64,000 nucleotides of DNA, from IMG/VR virus record IMGVR_UViG_3300027833_000013, positions 32,001-96,000 of that record; one strand, given 5' to 3'. Positions 39,370-47,222 of the stretch are shown here, piece by piece. This DNA comes from a virus. The notes beneath the pieces are model-generated. The model had not been told where the DNA came from, searched no databases, and saw only the letters and a program-made list of their open reading frames with translations. Position 1 is the stretch's first letter. Every line of letters starts with the position of its first letter. The translations under genes and the position numbers were made by a program.

Positions 39370-41106
39370 TTATACAGTTGCGCCAGTATCTGCGCCTGCA
39401 TCTCCTGTTGCTGTGTCTGCTGTGTCAATGTCCAGGCCGCCGTCTACTGGCGCTTCATCTGCTGGTGCTTCATCTTCCATACTGCCCATGTCGCCGGCTA
39501 TTCCAGCACCACTAATACCAGCAGTTCTCATTTCGCCTTCTGCGTCAGCAGGTAATGTTTGTAAGTTTTCGTCATTTTCTTCTTTCCACAAACGTTCATT
39601 CTCAGCTACTTCTTCAGCACTTAATCCTAAGAAACGTTGTAATGCAAAACGATTAGAAATATAAGGTATAGCACTCATCTGTGTATATGTAGGTACACGA
39701 GCATTATCAATTTCACTTTGTCTATAGCTTGCAAAGTTTTGTGGTGGTTGAAAACGTAAATCAAACATTGCAGTATCAACATTAATACCTTTTTCAAGTA
39801 TATAACGTTTAAACTCTTGATTTAATTGCTCAACAACTAAGTTTTGTAGTCGTTCGCAATATGTGTTAAAGCGAAGTTCTTGAATATATGCTGTACCTAC
39901 TCTGCCGTCATTGTATTGTGCCGCGCTGTCATCAGCCCCTGTAGGTAGATAGCTGGAAGGAATTCGTAAGCCGCGTACGAGCTTATTAGTAAAATATCTA
40001 AGGTCATCAATTTCTCCAAGGTTAGTACCGCCTGGCAATGTTTCAACTTTTGATCCACGTCCTTCAGCAGTTTGCGGGAAGAAGTAATCTTCGTTCATTG
40101 ATAAAGGATTATAACTACTGTCTATAACATTAGTTCCTCCGCCTGTAGCACTTGGGATTCTGCGTTGGTGAATCTCAGTTTTTACACGCTCGACAAACTG
40201 CATCGCTAAGTGCGATGGCATGTTGCCAACATCAACATAGAACACCCTGCGTTCTGGAGCACGTTGTACTCTGTAGATGATAATAGCATCCTCTAGTAAT
40301 TCTTTTTGCTTGTATACTTTAAACACAGTTTCTAATAAGCTGTTACCAAATGGGTAGTTATTGTCTAATCCTTCTGATAAACTTAAATGTATAACATTAT
40401 CTGAGTCTACTGATAGTTCGCCGTCTTCAGTGCTGAATCTTGATCCAGATGCAGTAGGTGTATTACCTGCCATCCCTCTAACGCTTCCAGTACTGCCTAC
40501 AGCACCGCCGCCGCCATTAATTGTTCCGCTTGTTACATGCGGAGTAGTTGCAACCATATCTTTAAAGTTTAGATTAAAGTTTTTAATAACGTATTGTTCA
40601 GGAGTTTTACCGCTACTTTCGTTTACAATAATTCTACTAACGTTTGCACTATCTACATGAAACAATTTTTTAGTTTCTGGATCTCTTACAAAAAATTGAT
40701 CACCGTACTTAAACACGTTGCGTAATATTCTAAACATACGTGTTTCAAATTTGTTTAATTTGCACCATTGCTGTAAGTATTGTTGAATAATAGTTGTTTC
40801 TGAATTTGTAGATTTCTTTTTGAAGTCAATAGTAAATGGCGTTCTATTTTGTGTGTTTTGCTGTGAGCAAAACTCTGCTAATATGTCAAGGGCCGCATTA
40901 ACTTCTGAATCCATATCCATAGTATTATACTGTCCGTAACGTTCAACTCTATTAGGACTGCCTACATATACATCTGGCAAGTAGGAACTATACTTCGTTG
41001 TGGCAGGTCCGGGAGTAGAACCGTTGCGGCCTCCACCCAACGGCGAATAACTTCCGCCCATGTTGTCGCCTGTTTGTACAGGAGTAAAGTATTTTTTCCA
41101 ACTCAT
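39370..41106 (-). CDS. gp20: Portal vertex protein (gp20)
   Basis: LLEDAIIIYRVQRAPERRVFYVDVGNMP, EDYFFP..EGRGSKVETLPGG. Confidence 0.97.
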   Translation of the reverse strand: MSWKKYFTPVQTGDNMGGSYSPLGGGRNGSTPGPATTKYSSYLPDVYVGSPNRVERYGQYNTMDMDSEVNAALDILAEFCSQQNTQNRTPFTIDFKKKSTNSETTIIQQYLQQWCKLNKFETRMFRILRNVFKYGDQFFVRDPETKKLFHVDSANVSRIIVNESSGKTPEQYVIKNFNLNFKDMVATTPHVTSGTINGGGGAVGSTGSVRGMAGNTPTASGSRFSTEDGELSVDSDNVIHLSLSEGLDNNYPFGNSLLETVFKVYKQKELLEDAIIIYRVQRAPERRVFYVDVGNMPSHLAMQFVERVKTEIHQRRIPSATGGGTNVIDSSYNPLSMNEDYFFPQTAEGRGSKVETLPGGTNLGEIDDLRYFTNKLVRGLRIPSSYLPTGADDSAAQYNDGRVGTAYIQELRFNTYCERLQNLVVEQLNQEFKRYILEKGINVDTAMFDLRFQPPQNFASYRQSEIDNARVPTYTQMSAIPYISNRFALQRFLGLSAEEVAENERLWKEENDENLQTLPADAEGEMRTAGISGAGIAGDMGSMEDEAPADEAPVDGGLDIDTADTATGDAGADTGATV

Positions 41107-41123
41107 CGTGTTATTTTCCTTAT

Positions 41124-43622
41124 TTAGAAGCTACCTGAAGCTTCTCTAAAGCCTGTTCTATTGATAGTATTAGTTAATCTTGTAACTTCTATTAGTGTAT
41201 CTAGCTTAGTATTTAGTAGGGTTAGCTGATCTGAGCTACCTGTTCCGGCAGTGCCAGCAGTGCCGCTAGGCATTGTTGTATTACCTGCGTTATTGCCATT
41301 AGTGAACGGTAACCAACTGTTATCCTTAGTTAGCTCGTCGTTTATTTTTTCAAAAGAGTTACCAAGGCGTTCCATTTGATCGGCATATAATCTTAAACTA
41401 CTAACGTCTAAATCGTCACCAAATTTTGACAACGCTTCTAATGCAGTTCCGCTTAATTTTACATTCTCAATAGCTGTTGCATCAATGTTTTTAAACTTAT
41501 TAAGTCCTTCGACAATTTTATCAAAAGGTGAGTCAGCGCCAAAGAAACTAGTAATACTTTCTAGTACTCCGCCAGCAGTTAGTGATATTAGTGCAGGTCC
41601 TAGTAATCCTAATGATGTAGCAATTTCTGCAAAGTTTGTGGCTCCCTTCATGTTAGCCATTTTTTCAACACCTGCGGCAATCTTTTCAACGCCGTCTCCG
41701 GCTAAGTTAATGCCGTTTCCTGCAAGTGTTATTGCGGCGCCAGTACCAATAAGCATAGCTGTAAATACTGCGGCACCAATTGCTACTGGTCCGTTTGCAA
41801 ACATTCTAAACACTGAAGTAAGTGCTCTAAATCCTAGCGTAATAAGCCCACCGGCTGCAAGCAATCCGCCCAATGATGTTAATCCAGCTAAAAGAGCTGG
41901 GCCTGCAAGCATGCCTAAGAATTCACTTAACGCACCGCCTTCACGTTCGCCTGTTGCTTGTTGATCATGATCCGGTCCTTCCATTGCTCTTTTACCAAAT
42001 ATAACATCTTTAGCTAAGTTCATCAGTCCTGACATAGCTGTTGATATATGTGGAGATATTAGCTCACCAAGTTTACTTAATCCTGTTGATAGGTAGCCTC
42101 CTATAGTTTCCATTAAGTTACCTTCTTTAAAAGATTTAAGTAAATCACTCATCACAGTTGATATTCCTTCAACTACTGCATTTAGTCCGCCAGGACCATC
42201 ATCAGTAACAACACCATTAAATGCTGTTGTTAACGAACTCATCGCTGCCTGTACTGTATCAAAGACACCTGATGTAATTAATGCATCAGTAATACTATTT
42301 CTTAACTTAGTTACAGTGTTACTAAACAATAATGACTGTCTTGACCTTTCAGCTTCTTTATCAGCTTCTAGTGCTTTTGCCGCAATTTCTGCTTCTGTTA
42401 GTGCTACAACTGTGTTGCCTAACCCTAATAGTCTTGATTGTGTTTGGGCAAATACATCGCCATCAGCGGCCATTGCCGCAAGTACTAACTTTTCCGCATC
42501 AGTCTTGTTAATCATTACCTGCCTAGCTTTTTCCATTTCTATCGCCATTTGTTCCGCGGCTCCAGGAACTCCATCATGCAGGGCTTTGGCTGCGGCTGCG
42601 ATACCTGGGTTTAGATTTAGTAGGGCATTACCTGCTTCAGTATAAGGTATACCACCAGTAGCAATCATTTCTGTAACTGCTTCGCCAAGTTCCGCATCTC
42701 TTGATGTTAACATTGCTACTGTACTTTTAATTGCTAGTTGGGCTTGGGAACTCATTGTAGACATCACTAAAGCAAGCCTATCATCTCGAGCGGCGGCGTC
42801 CATCTGATCTTGTACTTCTTGTCTTGACTTGCCTGTAATTTTTGCAAGTTTGTCAATTTCTTTAATGTACGCCTGGGCAGATGCCGCGCCTGCCGCAGAT
42901 GTTAGCCCTTGAGTTCGTCCTAATCGTTGCTGTTGCCTCATGTAGCCAGCTGTAAATTCACCAACTTCTTCCATTTGCATACCCATAAGCAAAAATTGAT
43001 TAGCACTTTGAGATACTTGACTTTGCAATGCTACAAACATTTTAGCACCGTTACCAGCAGTGCCTCCTAGTTTTGCAAGGCCTTCACTATTGTTAGATAA
43101 GACAGTTTGGAAAGATTCAAAACTCATTCCGGTTTTTGTGGCTTGAAGTTTTGCTTCAAACAGAGAACCACCTAGGTCGATACCTACATTAGATAACTCT
43201 CTAAACGCATCAATTTGATTATCTAATACACTTACTAATAATTGGCCTACTCCGCCTATTACACCGCCAAATATAGGAATTGCACTTAGTGCGCCTGTTA
43301 TATGTTGTGTAAAGTCACTAAGTTTATCACCACCAAGCAATGCTTCACTTGCTAGGCCTTTTACCGCACCTGTAATCTGTGAAAAGCCTCTAGATAGTGC
43401 ATTGCCAGAACTATTTGCCGCTTCTTCTAATTCTTCTAATTCTTTAGTAGTTTTACCTGACTGTTTGGCTAATTCGTGTAAGTTGCCCGCGGCTTTGTTA
43501 TTGCCGCCTGAGGCACCTTTCCCTTCCATTACTTTTAATAATCGAACTAGTGTTGCTTCGGAGGCAGCGTTATTTAATTCTACTTCTTCTTGCCCAATCG
43601 TACCTGTTACTTTTTCAGCCAT
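41124..43622 (-). CDS. Tape measure protein (putative)
   Basis: Long alpha-helical A/G/L-rich protein with a hydrophobic C-terminal third. True start is probably MAEKVTG (43622), because the late promoter at 43682-43689 lies downstream of the track's start. Confidence 0.7.
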   Translation of the reverse strand: MAEKVTGTIGQEEVELNNAASEATLVRLLKVMEGKGASGGNNKAAGNLHELAKQSGKTTKELEELEEAANSSGNALSRGFSQITGAVKGLASEALLGGDKLSDFTQHITGALSAIPIFGGVIGGVGQLLVSVLDNQIDAFRELSNVGIDLGGSLFEAKLQATKTGMSFESFQTVLSNNSEGLAKLGGTAGNGAKMFVALQSQVSQSANQFLLMGMQMEEVGEFTAGYMRQQQRLGRTQGLTSAAGAASAQAYIKEIDKLAKITGKSRQEVQDQMDAAARDDRLALVMSTMSSQAQLAIKSTVAMLTSRDAELGEAVTEMIATGGIPYTEAGNALLNLNPGIAAAAKALHDGVPGAAEQMAIEMEKARQVMINKTDAEKLVLAAMAADGDVFAQTQSRLLGLGNTVVALTEAEIAAKALEADKEAERSRQSLLFSNTVTKLRNSITDALITSGVFDTVQAAMSSLTTAFNGVVTDDGPGGLNAVVEGISTVMSDLLKSFKEGNLMETIGGYLSTGLSKLGELISPHISTAMSGLMNLAKDVIFGKRAMEGPDHDQQATGEREGGALSEFLGMLAGPALLAGLTSLGGLLAAGGLITLGFRALTSVFRMFANGPVAIGAAVFTAMLIGTGAAITLAGNGINLAGDGVEKIAAGVEKMANMKGATNFAEIATSLGLLGPALISLTAGGVLESITSFFGADSPFDKIVEGLNKFKNIDATAIENVKLSGTALEALSKFGDDLDVSSLRLYADQMERLGNSFEKINDELTKDNSWLPFTNGNNAGNTTMPSGTAGTAGTGSSDQLTLLNTKLDTLIEVTRLTNTINRTGFREASGSF

Positions 43623-43649
43623 ATATTTCGGTTTCCTATTAAGTACGCA

Positions 43650-43689
43650 TATAAATATAAGAGATACATACTTGTATAATGTATTTATA
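43650..43689. promoter_or_regulatory. Two face-to-face TATAAATA late promoters
   Basis: TATAAATA on + at 43650-43657 and on - at 43682-43689. Confidence 0.75.
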
Positions 43690-43700
43690 CGGAGAATGAA

Positions 43701-44591
43701 ATGACAGAATTTAACGATTCGGGTATGACCCAAATGACAGCGCCGGGTGCTAACCCTTTAAAGAAATATTTTAGACAACCAAAGTTATATATTACGTTGC
43801 CTAGCAAAGGAAAATGGTATCCTAGCGGTACAATAGAAATGTTAGAAAATGGTGACTTAGCGGTCTTTGCTATGACCGCTAAAGACGAACTAACTTTAAA
43901 AACTCCTGATGCATTACTTAACGGCCAAGCAACTGTTGAGATAATACAAAGTTGTGTGCCCGGTATTAAAAATGCTTGGGCTGTTCCAAGCATTGACATT
44001 GATGCTTTGCTAATCGCTATACGTATTGCTACATATGGCGAAAATATGGATATCACAGTAACTCCGCCAGGATCTGAAGAAGAGAAATCATTTGCACTGA
44101 ATCTCAGAGAACTATTAGACACTATGGGACAATTTGATTTTGAGGAAGACGTTCCGTCGTTAGGAGAATTCCAAGTTAAGATTAGACCAGTAACTTATAA
44201 AGAGTTTACATCGGCATCATTAACTACATTTGAAGAAGAAAGAATGTTTAGAATTGTTAATGATGGTGAGATGGAGCAAGAAGAAAAGCTATCTCAATTC
44301 GGAAAAACGTTTAATAAAATTAGAGATCTAACTGTTGGTATGATTACAGATAGCATTGTATCAATTGCAGTTGACGATATGATTGTAACTGATAGGATGC
44401 ATATTACTGATTTCATTAGTAATGCAGACAAAGCGGTGTTTGATACCATTACTACACACATCGATAATGAAAAAAAGAAACATGCTATTAAGCCATTAAA
44501 AGTACAGTCAGAGCCTGAGGACATTGCAAATGGTGCTCCAGAAACTTACACAGTTCCAATTGCATTTGATCAATCAAATTTTTTCGCCTAA
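43701..44591 (+). CDS. gp26: gp26-like baseplate hub / tail assembly chaperone
   Basis: NPLKKYFRQP.LYITLPS.G, MTAKDE, DIDALLIAIRIATYGE, ends SNFFA. Confidence 0.8.
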   Translation: MTEFNDSGMTQMTAPGANPLKKYFRQPKLYITLPSKGKWYPSGTIEMLENGDLAVFAMTAKDELTLKTPDALLNGQATVEIIQSCVPGIKNAWAVPSIDIDALLIAIRIATYGENMDITVTPPGSEEEKSFALNLRELLDTMGQFDFEEDVPSLGEFQVKIRPVTYKEFTSASLTTFEEERMFRIVNDGEMEQEEKLSQFGKTFNKIRDLTVGMITDSIVSIAVDDMIVTDRMHITDFISNADKAVFDTITTHIDNEKKKHAIKPLKVQSEPEDIANGAPETYTVPIAFDQSNFFA

Positions 44592-44815
44592 GGATCGTCG
44601 ACTGGCCAGTTGATCGAATCCTAGAAGAAATTAGAGATTTAGAAGGCCAAGCAAAAGAGTTTCGTCATACAATATTAAAGATAATGTGGTATATGCGAGG
44701 TAGTATTTCAATGGACGAAGCGTTTATGCTTTCAACTGAAGATCGAGAAATTATTAACGACATAATTAAATCTAATTATGAAGATACTAAGAAGTCTGGA
44801 ATGCCTCTAATTTAA
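44579..44815 (+). CDS. gp51: gp51-like frame, likely expressed by -1 frameshift from the gp26-like gene
   Basis: Not in the track; manual translation FFRLRIVDWPVDRILEEIRDLEGQAKEFRHTILKIMWYMRGSISMDEAFMLSTEDREIINDIIKSNYEDTKKSGMPLI*. Confidence 0.7.
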   Translation, partial: FFRLRIVDWPVDRILEEIRDLEGQAKEFRHTILKIMWYMRGSISMDEAFMLSTEDREIINDIIKSNYEDTKKSGMPLI

Positions 44816-45426
44816 CTAGTTGCTGGTCCAACTGTTGGTGCTTTAGTACCCGATAACTGTGCTTTAATCTGATCTGCAATGCCAGATTTTTTAATTTCAT
44901 CTGCAATGCCGCCTATCATCTTAGTAGTTAGTGCGGCGCCAACAGCCCTAGGTGCCATTTTAGCAGTAGAATTATTTACCCATTGAGCACCTGCCCAAAC
45001 ATAAGTTTCACCGTCGTCGCCAGTTTCTAATTGCCCAGCACCTTTAGCTACTTTAATTTTTGGATTGGGCTTAGTGTTATTTTGTGTTTGGCCGTATTTA
45101 CTAAGTTTTTCATCTTTGTTTAGGTCTTTAAAGTTTTCACTACCTTCTGCACGTTTGATAAGTTTTTCAAGTTGTTGCACCATTACTGGATCGGACATTA
45201 TAGCTTCTAATCCCTTTGCAAAGGGTGCAATTTGTTTTGCTAAGTTAGCAGGTAATGCTTCGCCTTTAGAAACTTTATCCATTGCCTTACTCATTGTGCC
45301 TCCAGACCCTTTACCGCCTAACTTTTGTGCCATGCGTTTAGCACCTTGTGCAACTTTTTTTAGTTTGTCGTTAGGTGCTTCATTAAGAGTTTGTAATTCT
45401 AAATTAGTAATATCATTGACGTTCAT
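44812..45426 (-). CDS. Basic putative internal head protein
   Basis: MNVNDI...LNEAP N-terminus with an L-x-E site; K/A/G-rich. Confidence 0.45.
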   Translation of the reverse strand: MNVNDITNLELQTLNEAPNDKLKKVAQGAKRMAQKLGGKGSGGTMSKAMDKVSKGEALPANLAKQIAPFAKGLEAIMSDPVMVQQLEKLIKRAEGSENFKDLNKDEKLSKYGQTQNNTKPNPKIKVAKGAGQLETGDDGETYVWAGAQWVNNSTAKMAPRAVGAALTTKMIGGIADEIKKSGIADQIKAQLSGTKAPTVGPATS

Positions 45427-46007
45427 TATAACATCCCCGCTAGTGCTTTTTTATGCGCAACAGATAAGTTATTAATTTTATTTTGAAGCTCTGCAGGAAT
45501 TTTGGCAGGCTTTCCTGTTGCATTTGCTTTTGTTCCCGGACCGTTATTAGTAGTTCCGGGCTTTGTGCCTTTACCAACAGTCGACTTCATTCCTGTTTTA
45601 GCTTGCGCTTTGTTTAGTATTCCTGCTTTAGGATCTGCTTGAGTAGGTGCCGCTGCCGCATTGCCGCCAGTAAGTTTATTACGTGCCGCTTGCTTTAATA
45701 CGTCCATTACAGTTTTCTTATCTATAATTCCTTTAGGTAGCTGAACTCCGCCAGCAGATAAATTATTTTGTTTCATAAACGCGGCAAAATCAGTATCGGA
45801 CATATTTTTATCATTCTTGCCATTAATACCTTGCCATGTTTTTAATGTCTTGTATAATGCGTTTGCTTCTTTACCCATTTGGGCACTTCCTGCCATACGT
45901 TCAGCACCAGGCAATTTACCAACAGCGCCTTTAACTGCATTACCAATGCCACTAGTAGGAGCTTCGCTAATTTTTTTATCTTCATTTAAAATATCATAAA
46001 CGTTCAT
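45426..46007 (-). CDS. Basic putative internal head protein
   Basis: MNVYDILNE...ISEAP N-terminus; late-like CTAAATA at 46037-46043. Confidence 0.45.
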   Translation of the reverse strand: MNVYDILNEDKKISEAPTSGIGNAVKGAVGKLPGAERMAGSAQMGKEANALYKTLKTWQGINGKNDKNMSDTDFAAFMKQNNLSAGGVQLPKGIIDKKTVMDVLKQAARNKLTGGNAAAAPTQADPKAGILNKAQAKTGMKSTVGKGTKPGTTNNGPGTKANATGKPAKIPAELQNKINNLSVAHKKALAGML

Positions 46008-46029
46008 GAGTAGTCCTTAATAATATACT

Positions 46030-46566
46030 ATAAGTGTATTTAGTAGTTAGTGTATTAACTTCGTTAATACAAGTTATCGCTAACGCTCAAACTACTTACA
46101 CTTCGTTTTGATTAAATAATTTATAAATGAATTATAATTGCATTATTACGAATGTAATAATGTTTAAGTTTCATGTAGATTGTTTTAGTCAGACGGAACC
46201 TGTTTAAGGGTTCCATCTAATCTTGAGCTTCATGTGAGTCCGTCACAGCCGAGACATTGGAAGTAGGTAATTGTTTATACACAAAGTACAATGGGCTCTG
46301 ACCTTTCCCAACCTACGTCGACATTATGTTGCTTATAATATACAATGTACATTATATGTAACAATATTCCCTCGCTTCGTTCCTATTGCTAAAGAGTTTT
46401 TATGTACTGTGTTTGTGTTTTTCGACTGCCAACAATGCAATCTATATCAACCAGTGAGCCCAATTTGTTTGGTGGCTTCCTCCCTCTGGGGAGTCGATCA
46501 ATATGTACGTGTGCTTCTATACGAGAGCTTTTTCCACAGCGGTATTTCTAATCTGGCCCGCTAACC
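46030..46566 (-). ncRNA. Candidate large structured non-coding RNA or origin region
   Basis: About 520 nt with no credible CDS and many helices (see findings). Strand is inferred from the flanking genes. Confidence 0.45.
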
Positions 46567-47001
46567 TTATGTGTTGGAATGTTTTGCCTGTAAATGTTCT
46601 TTAAGAATTTTTGATCCGCCAACTCTAACATTTATGATACCGTTGTAGTATTCATCTGTTTCAAGTACTCTGCGTTCAAACTGCTCTCGTGCCTCTAAGT
46701 AACTTGCTATGCCTCTGCTAGGACAAATATGAATAATTTCTCTTATGAAATGTTCTTCGCCTAACTCTAAAACGTCTGCATTAAGTCTATCACTGGAACC
46801 GTAATAAGTTTGCCAGTCACTTTCTTTAGTACTACGTCTTTTGTTTTTCTTGCCTTTGAGTGGTTTCTTTGTTACTTTGAATTTTGCTAGTTTTTTGCCT
46901 ACGTATTTCATGCCATTGACTTTGTTTGTTATCAAGTAAACAAATGCTTCACAACCTTCTGGTAGTTCGTCTATTGTTTCGCCTTGATAAGTCCATTGCA
47001 T
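46567..47001 (-). CDS. Small GIY-YIG (Seg-like) endonuclease
   Basis: AFVYLITN..NGMKYVGKK, YYGSS, FIREI, E and YYN motifs; catalytic domain only. Confidence 0.85.
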   Translation of the reverse strand: MQWTYQGETIDELPEGCEAFVYLITNKVNGMKYVGKKLAKFKVTKKPLKGKKNKRRSTKESDWQTYYGSSDRLNADVLELGEEHFIREIIHICPSRGIASYLEAREQFERRVLETDEYYNGIINVRVGGSKILKEHLQAKHSNT

Positions 47002-47015
47002 ACAGATACTTACCG

Positions 47016-47222
47016 CTATTTGCCTTTTTCTGCCGCCTTTTTGGCTTTATACTTATCGTTGATCTCATCGCCTCTTATTTTAGCATGTTTTCTTATTTCT
47101 CTCAACCACTTTCTGCTTTCAGCATGTGTTCTATGAGACTCACGAGCTTCAAACTTTTCGTTCGCAGTAAAATAAGATAGATATGCCTTTACAAGCATGT
47201 CATGTGCATCATCTTCGATCAT
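47016..47222 (-). CDS. Small basic helical protein (Hc1/histone H1-like, putative DNA binding)
   Basis: ANEKF...ESRKWLREIRK...RGDEI pattern and K-rich tail. Confidence 0.4.
   Translation of the reverse strand: MIEDDAHDMLVKAYLSYFTANEKFEARESHRTHAESRKWLREIRKHAKIRGDEINDKYKAKKAAEKGK

Noticed and set aside
43623-43733. N-terminal 37 aa of the 869-aa ORF
   Set aside because: Overlaps both late promoters and the gp26-like start; the real start is probably 43622
46185-46490. RNase P RNA, tmRNA or group I/II intron identity for the non-coding region
   Set aside because: GGGAAAGGUCAGAG and UCUGACU could form a P4-like helix, but the bulged U and other conserved regions were not found. There are no tRNA-like ends, P7 or domain V motifs, and the flanking genes are not interrupted. 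An Infernal search is needed
46271-46564. 97-aa plus-strand ORF
   Set aside because: TTG start, atypical composition, opposite to the flanking genes; better explained as non-coding structure
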